Below, in pieces: positions 9,728 to 18,569 of a stretch of 64,000 nucleotides of DNA. This DNA is from an uncultured Aliarcobacter sp. (GTDB lineage Bacteria; Campylobacterota; Campylobacteria; Campylobacterales; Arcobacteraceae): positions 2,720,001 through 2,784,000 of the forward strand of contig OY781945.1 in NCBI GenBank assembly GCA_963677435.1, in the 5' to 3' direction. The notes beneath the pieces were generated by a model that saw only the letters and a list, made by a program, of their open reading frames with translations, did no database searches and had not been told where the DNA came from. The first letter of the stretch is position 1. The number at the start of each line of letters is the position of its first letter. The position numbers were made by a program, and so were the translations under genes.

Positions 9728-10939
9728 TTATTGAATATTTTCAAATTTTTCTAATTCGTCAAGTTTTTCCCAAGGGTAATCACTTTGTCCTACTTGACCA
9801 CGAGCTGCAACATCTGCATATAAAAATGTTTTTTCACTTGGTTTGTCTAAGGCAAATTTTTGTGTAATCCATCTTGGTGTTAATGGGAAAGTATCCATTA
9901 CAAATTGTGATAACTTATCATCATCAAATTTTGTATAAGAACCCATTGTATCAACAGATACTGATGTTGGTCGTGCTACACCAATTGCATAAGAGATTTG
10001 TACAACTGCTTTTTTTGCAAGTCCTGCAGCAACTATGTGTTTTGCAATCCATCTTGCAGCGTAAAGTCCAGATCTATCAACTTTTGTATAATCTTTAGAA
10101 CTTTGTGCTCCTCCACCAATTGGTGAATATCCACCAAATGAATCAACGATTAATTTTCTTCCTGTTAATCCACTATCATGTAAAGAAGAGTGATTTACAT
10201 ATCTTCCTGTTGGATTAATATGAATAATTGTTGAATTTTTATCATACATATTTGTAGGAAGTCCAGCATCATCAATTAATCCTTGGATTAATGCTCTTAC
10301 TTCTTCGATTGGCATTCCCTCAACTGAAGGTGCACTTACAACTATTGTATGAATTTTTTGTGGATTACAATTTTCAAAATTTGCTTTTGTTCCATAATCA
10401 ACTGTAACTTGTGTTTTAATATCAACACCTAATTTTTGATTATGTTTTAATGCATAATTGTAAACTTTGTCACATAACATTCTAGCGTATGTAATGGCTG
10501 CTGGCATATAATCTGCTGTTTCGCTTGAAGCAAAACCAAACATGATTCCTTGATCTCCAGCTCCAATTTCTCCATCAACTTGGTCAACACCTTGATTAAT
10601 ATCAGGTGATTGTTGGTTTAATAAAACTTGAACTTTTACATCATCTGGATGTAAACATTGTTCTTTTGTAAAAGCTGATTTTCCATCGTAACCGATTTTT
10701 GCTAATGCATCTTTTACTATTTTTTCGTAATCTTTATCTGATAATTGAGCTGATGATTTTACTTCACCACCAATTACAACATGTTTCCCTGCAACAAAAA
10801 CCTCTGAAGCTACTCTACTATCTTTATCTGCAATAATTAATTTGTCTACGATAGAGTCAGCTATTATATCTGCACATTTATCTGGGTGTCCAGGGCTTAC
10901 AACTTCACTTGTAAATAAGTATTGTGTTTTTTTTTCCAT
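9728..10939 (-). CDS. metK: S-adenosylmethionine synthetase
   Basis: LFTSEVVSPGHPDKCAD, GAGDQG, DSGLTGRK, KVDRS; start placed at the ATG at 10939 (an in-frame GTG at 10966 is an alternative). Confidence 0.96.
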   Translation of the reverse strand: MEKKTQYLFTSEVVSPGHPDKCADIIADSIVDKLIIADKDSRVASEVFVAGKHVVIGGEVKSSAQLSDKDYEKIVKDALAKIGYDGKSAFTKEQCLHPDDVKVQVLLNQQSPDINQGVDQVDGEIGAGDQGIMFGFASSETADYMPAAITYARMLCDKVYNYALKHNQKLGVDIKTQVTVDYGTKANFENCNPQKIHTIVVSAPSVEGMPIEEVRALIQGLIDDAGLPTNMYDKNSTIIHINPTGRYVNHSSLHDSGLTGRKLIVDSFGGYSPIGGGAQSSKDYTKVDRSGLYAARWIAKHIVAAGLAKKAVVQISYAIGVARPTSVSVDTMGSYTKFDDDKLSQFVMDTFPLTPRWITQKFALDKPSEKTFLYADVAARGQVGQSDYPWEKLDELEKFENIQ

Positions 10940-11019
10940 TTTTGTTTTCCATCCTTTGTTTTCCACAAGCTACGCTTGAGTTGTTTTCCATCTTTTGTTT
11001 TCCATTTTTTTGTTTTCTA
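10929..11019 (-). repeat. TGGAAAACAA direct-repeat array in the metK leader
   Basis: Plus-strand TTGTTTTCCA exact copies at 10942, 10956, 10981 and 10995; one-mismatch copies at 11010 and 10929. Confidence 0.9.
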
Positions 11020-11202
11020 TATTTGTTAAGAAATTTAAAATAAAAATTTAAAGAATTCAATTTGCCATAAAGACAAAAAGTTTCTAATATTAGCTAAATA
11101 TTGCTGTTATTTACTTTTATTAATGGCAATATTATTCTATATATTAAATTAATTATTGGATAAAATAGAATAAATTATAATTATATATAAAAGGATTTTA
11201 TT

Positions 11203-12099
11203 TTGAATAATGAAAAATTAGGTCAAATATATGCGGTATTTGCCTTTTTGATTTGGGGTGCAATTGCTCCTATATATTTTAAACAAGTAGCAAATGTTGA
11301 GCCTTTAGAAGTTTTAATACATAGAATTTTTTGGTCTTTTTTGATTTTAATTCCACTACTTTTTATTACAAAACAGATTGAAATTTTTAAAGAACTAATA
11401 AAAGATGTAAAAAAATTAAAATATTTAGCTCTGTCAACTTTTTTTATTTCACTTAATTGGCTTATTTTCATTTGGGCAGTTGGGAATAATAAAATTATAG
11501 AAACCTCACTTGGTTATTTTATTAATCCCTTAGTTAGTATATTTTTAGGTTATGTTTTTTTCAAAGAAAGAATGACAAAATATCAATATATTGCTGTATT
11601 TATTGCTTTTTTTGCAGTTCTTTATCAAGTATTCACACTAGGAAATATTCCTCTTGTTTCAATTAGTCTTGCTTTAAGTTTTGCCTTTTATGGAATGATA
11701 AGAAAAAAAGTAAATGTAGGCTCAATTGTTGGACTTTTTACTGAAACATTAATATTATTACCTTTTGCAATTATTGGTATTTATTATCTAAATATTAACA
11801 ATAAAATTTCCTTTTTACATACTACTGGCTATATAGATTTAATGCTTTGTTTAGGAGGATTAATCACAATTATTCCTCTACTTTTGTTTAATGGAGCAGC
11901 AACAAGAATGAAATTATCAACATTAGGATTTTTTCAGTACATAGGACCATTTTGTTCTTTTTTATTGGCAATATTTATTTATAATGAAGAACTCAAAGTA
12001 GATAAACTAATCACTTTTTGCCTTATATGGCTAGCTTTAGCAATCTTTTCACTAGATTCAATTAATACAAAACAAAAAGCAAAAAAACATAATAAGTAG
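11203..12099 (+). CDS. rarD: EamA/DMT transporter RarD
   Basis: About 10 TM helices; HRIFWS, NWLIFIWAV, SLGYFINPL, YGMIRK, GFFQYIGP. Confidence 0.93.
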   Translation: MNNEKLGQIYAVFAFLIWGAIAPIYFKQVANVEPLEVLIHRIFWSFLILIPLLFITKQIEIFKELIKDVKKLKYLALSTFFISLNWLIFIWAVGNNKIIETSLGYFINPLVSIFLGYVFFKERMTKYQYIAVFIAFFAVLYQVFTLGNIPLVSISLALSFAFYGMIRKKVNVGSIVGLFTETLILLPFAIIGIYYLNINNKISFLHTTGYIDLMLCLGGLITIIPLLLFNGAATRMKLSTLGFFQYIGPFCSFLLAIFIYNEELKVDKLITFCLIWLALAIFSLDSINTKQKAKKHNK

Positions 12100-12113
12100 C
12101 AACTAAAAAGTTG

Positions 12114-12344
12114 TTATTTGTTTTTTTCTTTTAATTGTTCTCTAAACTTTTTAAGTAATACTTTCTCTTCTTTTAGTTTTGTTTTTTCTTCTTGCTCTTT
12201 TGAATCTTTAATTTTTTTTTCTAATTTAGAGATTTTTTCTTCAATTTTTTCTTGAAGTTTTTTTATTTTTTTCTCTTTTATATCTTCTTCATCTATTAAT
12301 GACAAGTAACTTTTGGCTTTCTCATAAATCTTTTCCAGCTTCAT
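12114..12344 (-). CDS. Small Lys/Glu-rich coiled-coil protein
   Basis: AGGAG RBS inside the 3' end of the upstream gene; 76 aa, highly charged. Confidence 0.55.
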   Translation of the reverse strand: MKLEKIYEKAKSYLSLIDEEDIKEKKIKKLQEKIEEKISKLEKKIKDSKEQEEKTKLKEEKVLLKKFREQLKEKNK

Positions 12345-14094
12345 AATCTTCTCCTAATTGTTTAATAGTTAAATCTTCTATCCATAACACTTTAGCGACA
12401 TTTATCAACTTATTGATTACATTATTTGCATGGGCACTATCATTTAATAAAGTAGTAGCCATTTTCTTATCAATTCTTTTTTCTCTAATCAATATATCTA
12501 TTCTTCCCGTTGCAATTACATCTAAACTTTTTAAATACTCTTTTAATAACTCTGCTTTTGATAGAACATCAATTTCATCTTTACTATTTTTTATTTCATT
12601 AATTGTATTGATAGTTTTCGCTATTGCTTCTCGAATATAGTTATATTCATCTTTTATATAATTATTGTTACTTAAAAGATATTTACTTATATTTTCTTGT
12701 AATTCTTGTGTATTTTTTACAGCTTCTGCTATATCTCTACATGCTGTTCTTAAGTCATATAAATAAAGTTTTTTATCATCTTCTAAATCATTTATAAAAT
12801 AAGTTGAATAATCGATTATATCACTATAAAGTGATTTAATTCTAGTTTGATAAAAATCTTCAATATCTAATTCTATTAAATCAGTTGATTCTTTTACAAC
12901 TAAAGATATATCAGTTTTTCCTAAATATCTATGTCTATGTAACATAATGGCATGACTTAAAACTTCACTTGCATTATCATATAAGTGAATTGTCTCTTTT
13001 CTTGTAGCTTTTAATGCTGCATAGGGAACAGCTACAACTTCCATATCTAAATATTTAGTTTTTTGAATATAAATTTCGGTATCTTCAACAAATAGTTTTT
13101 TCAAAAAACTTACTAATTTGGGAATAAGAAATGAAAATATCACTAATCCTAAAATATTAAATACAGTATGAAAAAGTGATAATTTCATTGAATAATCATC
13201 ATTACTTATACCTAATAATTTAGCTAAATAATCAATAAAATCAATAAATGGATACATTATAATTACAATTATAAATGCAGTTACACTATTAAATATGAGT
13301 AGTGAAACTGCCATTCTTTTACTATTTGCATTTGAAACCATTGCACCCATAACAGCAGTAATTGTTGTACCAATATTAGCTCCAACTGCAATTGCAATTG
13401 CATTTATATAAATTATTTGTCCAGCTGCAAGTGCTGTTATTGTAAGAGCCAAAGTTGCACTACTTGATTGAATAATAACAGTTGCTAGTGCTCCCACAAC
13501 AATATAAATTAAAATTCCCAAATATCCCTCAACTGAAAACTGTGCTAAGTCAATTCCCTGTTTTAAATCTTCAAATCCATCTTTCATATATCCAATACCT
13601 AAAAAGACAAATCCTAAACCTAAAAAGATATTTCCTATTCCTTGAACATTTTTTTGTTTAAAAAATCTAAATATTACACCAAAAATAATCATAGGCAATG
13701 CAAAAGCTGCAATATCTATTTTCATACCAAAAGATGAAACAATCCAAGCAGTTGCTGTTGTTCCAACATTTGAGCCAAAAACAACTCCAATAGCCCCTGA
13801 TAAACTGATTAATTTTGCTGATAAAAAAGAGATTACAATGATAGAGATTAAAGATGAACTTTGAAGTATAGCAGTGGCAACTATTCCTAATCCAATGGAT
13901 TTAGGAATATTATCTGTACTTTTTGAGATAATCTTTTCAAGTACACCACCACTAAAAAGTTTGAATCCATCTTCCATAAAATGCATTCCGATAATAAAAA
14001 TACCAACACCTGCAACTATATATTTTGAGTCTTGATTTACATAAAGTAAATAGCATAAGAGGATTAATAAAATATATGCTAAATACTTTTTCAT
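12322..14094 (-). CDS. Na+/phosphate cotransporter (NptA/YjbB family) with helical C-terminal domain
   Basis: Two QSSS repeats, GSNVGTT and GANIGTT motifs, HTVFN. Confidence 0.92.
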   Translation of the reverse strand: MKKYLAYILLILLCYLLYVNQDSKYIVAGVGIFIIGMHFMEDGFKLFSGGVLEKIISKSTDNIPKSIGLGIVATAILQSSSLISIIVISFLSAKLISLSGAIGVVFGSNVGTTATAWIVSSFGMKIDIAAFALPMIIFGVIFRFFKQKNVQGIGNIFLGLGFVFLGIGYMKDGFEDLKQGIDLAQFSVEGYLGILIYIVVGALATVIIQSSSATLALTITALAAGQIIYINAIAIAVGANIGTTITAVMGAMVSNANSKRMAVSLLIFNSVTAFIIVIIMYPFIDFIDYLAKLLGISNDDYSMKLSLFHTVFNILGLVIFSFLIPKLVSFLKKLFVEDTEIYIQKTKYLDMEVVAVPYAALKATRKETIHLYDNASEVLSHAIMLHRHRYLGKTDISLVVKESTDLIELDIEDFYQTRIKSLYSDIIDYSTYFINDLEDDKKLYLYDLRTACRDIAEAVKNTQELQENISKYLLSNNNYIKDEYNYIREAIAKTINTINEIKNSKDEIDVLSKAELLKEYLKSLDVIATGRIDILIREKRIDKKMATTLLNDSAHANNVINKLINVAKVLWIEDLTIKQLGEDYEAGKDL

Positions 14095-15897
14095 CTATTC
14101 AACCGTCACTGATTTTGCAAGATTTCTTGGCATATCAACATCATTTCCAAGTCTTATCGAAATTTCCATTGAGAAAAGTTGTAAAACAACTAACATCTCA
14201 AAAAACTCCAACATATAATGATCTGTTTTATTGATTTTTATAAAATCATCTGCTAATTCAAAATCAAGTGGTGATATTGCACAAATAGTACTATCTCGTG
14301 CACTTAACTCTTCTACATTTGATTTGATTTTATCATAAAGTAAGTTTTTTGGCATTAAAGCAATTGTGAAAAGTTCTGGATCAGCTAGGGCAATTGGTCC
14401 ATGTTTCATTTCACCTGCTGGATATCCTTCAGCGTGTAAATATGAAATCTCTTTTAATTTTAAAGCACCCTCTAAAGCTAATGGATAAAATACATCTCTA
14501 CCGATAAAGAAAAATCCATGTCCATGTAAATATCTTTTTGATAATCTTTTCATTTTTTCATGTATTTTATCACTAATACAAAGAGTTTTAGGAACTTCTC
14601 TTAAAGTGTGTAATTCATCTTGTAAAAGTTCATTTGAAATTACATTTTTTGCTTTTGCAAAATATAAAGCTAACATCCATAAAACAACTGTTTGAGTTGA
14701 AAATGCTTTTGTAGAAGCAACTCCTTTTTCAATTCCAGCTCTTGTTAAAATCGTAGCATCAGCAACTCTTGTCATTGAAGAGTTATCAACATTACAAACA
14801 ACTAAAGTTTTAAGGCCTGCTGCTTTTGCCATTTTTAAAGCTTCTAAAGTATCAGCAGTTTCTCCACTTTGAGAAATAACGATAAACAGAGTATCTTTTG
14901 TTAAAAGTGGGTCTTTGTATCTAAATTCACTTGCAATTTCTACATTACACTTAACTTTAGAAAGTCTTTCAAAAAGGTACGAAGCTGTTAATCCTGCATG
15001 ATATGAAGTTCCACAAGCACAAATTTTTATCTCATTGATTCCTTCTATTATTGAAGCTTCAATTTCATCAAATAAAGTTTCATTATCTTTGATTCTTCCA
15101 AGCATACAATCACTTACAACACTACTTTGTTCGTAAATCTCTTTTTCCATAAAGAATCTATATCCATCTTTTTGTGCAAATTGTTTTGAAGTGGGAAGGG
15201 TTGACCAAGAATAATTTTCATTAAAAAATTCTATTTCATTTGCACTTGCAATTCCACCAACTCCATCTTCAAGATAAACTACACTTGAAGCTAAGCCAAT
15301 CAAAGGAGCATCTGATGAAGAGAATAATACTTCTTCTTTTTCATTTCCCTTTGCCACAATTAATGGACTTCCATGTTTGAAGAAAAATACTTTTGTTGGA
15401 TCTGCTTTTGTTATTAATAAAATAGAAAAAGCACCTTCTAGTCTAGCAATAGTATTTTGAAAAGCTTTTTTTGTATCATTTAATTGATTAAAACAATTTT
15501 CAAATAGATGAACTATAACTTCTGTATCTGTTTGAGATACAAATTTATGTCCTTTTTCAGTTAATTCTTCTTTTAACTCTTTATAATTTTCAATAATTCC
15601 ATTATGAACAACATAAGAGTATTCTCCCAAATGTGGGTGAGCATTTAATTCTGTTGGTTTTCCATGTGTTGCCCATCTAGTATGTCCAATTCCTAGTTCA
15701 TAATTAGTTGATGCAGAGGTATTAACTTTTTCTTCGAGATTTACAAGTTTTCCTAAGGCTTTAAAAACATCAATTCTATTATCTTTAAGAACTGCAATTC
15801 CTGCACTATCATAACCTCTGTACTCTAACTCTTTTAAACCATCTAGTAATATTTTTGTAGTCTCTTTTTTACCTATATAACCAACTATTCCACACAT
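14095..15897 (-). CDS. glmS: Glutamine--fructose-6-phosphate aminotransferase
   Basis: MCGIVG N-terminus, LEYRGYDSAG, HTRWATHG, SQSGET, PRNLAKSVTVE. Confidence 0.98.
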   Translation of the reverse strand: MCGIVGYIGKKETTKILLDGLKELEYRGYDSAGIAVLKDNRIDVFKALGKLVNLEEKVNTSASTNYELGIGHTRWATHGKPTELNAHPHLGEYSYVVHNGIIENYKELKEELTEKGHKFVSQTDTEVIVHLFENCFNQLNDTKKAFQNTIARLEGAFSILLITKADPTKVFFFKHGSPLIVAKGNEKEEVLFSSSDAPLIGLASSVVYLEDGVGGIASANEIEFFNENYSWSTLPTSKQFAQKDGYRFFMEKEIYEQSSVVSDCMLGRIKDNETLFDEIEASIIEGINEIKICACGTSYHAGLTASYLFERLSKVKCNVEIASEFRYKDPLLTKDTLFIVISQSGETADTLEALKMAKAAGLKTLVVCNVDNSSMTRVADATILTRAGIEKGVASTKAFSTQTVVLWMLALYFAKAKNVISNELLQDELHTLREVPKTLCISDKIHEKMKRLSKRYLHGHGFFFIGRDVFYPLALEGALKLKEISYLHAEGYPAGEMKHGPIALADPELFTIALMPKNLLYDKIKSNVEELSARDSTICAISPLDFELADDFIKINKTDHYMLEFFEMLVVLQLFSMEISIRLGNDVDMPRNLAKSVTVE

Positions 15898-15976
15898 TAA
15901 AAAACCTTTTTAAATTTATTATTTATATTATATTTAATTGTTACTAAATATGTACTTTTCACAATTATTTATTATT

Positions 15977-16750
15977 TTATAAGTTCAAATTTTTTACAAG
16001 CTCATCATGAATTTTGCCATTTGTTGCAACTAGATATTTATCTTCAAATAAAGTATATTCTTCTCCACTTATATTTGAGATTTTTCCACCTGCTTCTGTA
16101 AGTATTAAAATTCCAGCACTTACATCCCAAGCTTTTAAATTCATCTCATAATATCCCTCATAAACACCACGAGCCACATAACATAAATCAAGTGAAGCTG
16201 AACCTAATCTTCTTAAATCTTGACATAAAGGAAGTACATCTTTTATTTTTTTTACCACATCATTTAAATCATTTTCATCTGTTCCACTTGTATATGGGAA
16301 ACCAGTTGCAAGAAGTGATTTTTGAAAGTTATCTTCAGGGCTTACTTTTAATCTTTTACCATTTAAAAAAGCACCTTTGCCAATTTTTGCTGTGTATAAT
16401 TCATCTAAAATTGGATTATATACTATTGCTAAATATGGTTTTTTATTTTTGTAAACTCCAACTGAAATTGCAGTATGAGGAACTCCATTTACAAAATTTG
16501 TTGTTCCATCTATTGGATCAATTATTATTGAATTATTAAACTCTATATTTGCATTATCTGATTCTTCTGCGATTATATTAAACTTTTTGAATTTTTTTGA
16601 GAATTTCTTTTTTAAATATGTTTCAACTGACACATCAAACTCTGTTACTAAATCTTTTTTTGCTTTAAAAGTAATATCTTTATTTGAGTAATATCCCTTT
16701 TTTAAAATCTTTCCTGCTTCTTTTATTATTTCTATTAACTCTTTTTTCAT
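15977..16750 (-). CDS. suhB: Inositol monophosphatase (SuhB family)
   Basis: DLVTEFD, IIDPIDGTTNF, RRLGSASLDL, AWDVSAG. Confidence 0.9.
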   Translation of the reverse strand: MKKELIEIIKEAGKILKKGYYSNKDITFKAKKDLVTEFDVSVETYLKKKFSKKFKKFNIIAEESDNANIEFNNSIIIDPIDGTTNFVNGVPHTAISVGVYKNKKPYLAIVYNPILDELYTAKIGKGAFLNGKRLKVSPEDNFQKSLLATGFPYTSGTDENDLNDVVKKIKDVLPLCQDLRRLGSASLDLCYVARGVYEGYYEMNLKAWDVSAGILILTEAGGKISNISGEEYTLFEDKYLVATNGKIHDELVKNLNL

Positions 16751-16799
16751 TTTCTACCAATCAATTTTTTTTGTTATTCTATCCAATTATGACGAAAAG

Positions 16800-16842
16800 T
16801 TCATATTGAATTCATCATTAATTCATATTCAAAGACTAAACT
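16800..16842 (+). promoter_or_regulatory. OmpR-family direct-repeat operator (3x TTCAT, 11-bp period) and -10 TAAACT of the 16867-24825 operon
   Basis: TTCAT at 16800, 16811 and 16822; TAAACT at 16837-16842; AAAGGA RBS before the TTG at 16867. Confidence 0.65.
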
Positions 16843-16866
16843 TTCAAAAATATAAAAGGATAATCT

Positions 16867-17949
16867 TTGATAAGATTTGCCATAAAAGCATTATTAGCTA
16901 ATAAATTAAAAACTATACTTATTTATCTAAGTCTAATTTTCTCAATAGTTTCTATTTTTTTAATTAGCTCTATTTCAAATGGGATAATCACAATGTATTC
17001 ATCTATGCTAAAAAGTGATGGAGATATTATTATCACTCAAGCCAAAATTTCAGATACATTTTTTTCCAATGTAAATATAAATTTAATAGAAAAAATAAAT
17101 CAAATCAAAAATGTAAAAGAATCATCAGCTTTAATTGTAGGAGCAAGTCCTGTTGAAAAACTTCCAATTGTTGCAATATATGGAGCAAGTAATAATAGAT
17201 TTAAAAATTATAAATTAATCCAAGGTTCATATCCATCAGAAGGTGAAGTAATAGTTGGAAAATCAATTTTTGAACAACTACTAAATAAAGATGAAATTCA
17301 AATAGCAAATAAAAGTTTTAAAATCTCAGGTGTTTTCAAAAGTGAAATTGGTTTTGAAAATGGTGGAGTTGTTTTAACAATTGATGATGCTGGAAAAATT
17401 TTCAATAAATCAGCTTCTATGATTATGGTGAATACAACTCTAAATTCAAATGTTGATGAGATAATAAAAAATATCAAAGCTTTAGATGAACAAATAGATG
17501 CTAAATCAACTCAAAATTTTGTGGACAATTACAACCAATTTAAAATCATAAAAACCTCATCAAATGTTATTTCGTTTATTGCTTTTTCAATGGGATTATT
17601 GGGAATTGTGAGTTTAATGAGTATCACAATAAATCAAAGAAAAAGTGAGTTTGGAATTAAAAGAGCTTTGGGAATAAGTACTTCTAAAATTGTTTATTCA
17701 ATTATGATTGAAAGTTTTATTTTGGGAGTTTTTAGTTTTATTAGTGCTTTTATTCTTTCAAATATTGTTTTATATTTTATAAAAAGTGCTTCAAGTTTAC
17801 AAGGTTATGTGAATGGTGAAATTTCAAATGAGTTAGCATTTTATATATTTATAACTTCTATTTTTATGGCTATTTTTGGCTCAATAATTCCAGCTTTAAA
17901 TGCTGCCAAAACAGATCCGATTGAGTTAATCCAAGGAAATAAAATATGA
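16867..17949 (+). CDS. ABC transporter permease, MacB/FtsX (type VII) family
   Basis: TM1, large periplasmic domain, then 3 TM helices; QRKSEFGIKRALG, PALNAAKTDPIELI. Confidence 0.9.
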   Translation: MIRFAIKALLANKLKTILIYLSLIFSIVSIFLISSISNGIITMYSSMLKSDGDIIITQAKISDTFFSNVNINLIEKINQIKNVKESSALIVGASPVEKLPIVAIYGASNNRFKNYKLIQGSYPSEGEVIVGKSIFEQLLNKDEIQIANKSFKISGVFKSEIGFENGGVVLTIDDAGKIFNKSASMIMVNTTLNSNVDEIIKNIKALDEQIDAKSTQNFVDNYNQFKIIKTSSNVISFIAFSMGLLGIVSLMSITINQRKSEFGIKRALGISTSKIVYSIMIESFILGVFSFISAFILSNIVLYFIKSASSLQGYVNGEISNELAFYIFITSIFMAIFGSIIPALNAAKTDPIELIQGNKI

Positions 17950-18569
17950 TAAAAATCAGAAATTTAACTCACTATTATAATAAGGATTTAGCCTTAGACA
18001 ATATTAATTTAGAGATAAAAAAAGGTGAATTTGTAGCAATTATTGGAGAGAGTGGAAGTGGGAAATCTACACTTTTATCTGTTTTATCAACTCTATTAAA
18101 ACCAAGTGAAGGAAATATAGTTTATGAAGAAACAAATTATAAAGATATTAAAAATATAGATGATTTTAGACGCGAAAATATTGGATTTATTTTTCAATTT
18201 CATTATTTGATTAATTACCTAAGTGTAAAAGAGAATATAAATCTAGCTAATGAAAAAGCATCAAAACAAGAGATTCTTGAGTTATTAAAAAGTTTAGGCA
18301 TTGAAAATTTAATAGATAAATATCCAACTGAAATCTCAGGAGGACAAAGACAACGAGTTGCAATTGCAAGGGCTTTGATAAATAATCCAAAGGTAATCTT
18401 TGCAGATGAACCAACTGGAAATTTGGACTCAAAAAACTCTTTAAATGTATTTGAGCTTTTTTCAACTTTAGCAAAAAAAGGAACAACAATAATCGTAGCA
18501 ACACATGACAAAGAATTAGCTTTAAAAGCAAATATAACTTATGAGGTAAAAGATGGAAAACTTGAATAA
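17946..18569 (+). CDS. ABC transporter ATP-binding protein (LolD/MacB-like)
   Basis: GESGSGKST, ISGGQRQRVAIAR, FADEPTGNLD, ATHD. Confidence 0.95.
   Translation: MIKIRNLTHYYNKDLALDNINLEIKKGEFVAIIGESGSGKSTLLSVLSTLLKPSEGNIVYEETNYKDIKNIDDFRRENIGFIFQFHYLINYLSVKENINLANEKASKQEILELLKSLGIENLIDKYPTEISGGQRQRVAIARALINNPKVIFADEPTGNLDSKNSLNVFELFSTLAKKGTTIIVATHDKELALKANITYEVKDGKLE

Noticed and set aside
10929..11019. metK leader repeats as a mini-CRISPR array or a known SAM riboswitch
   Set aside because: The repeat is only 10 bp with 3-15 nt gaps and there are no cas genes; no SAM-I/II/III/V core recognised by eye
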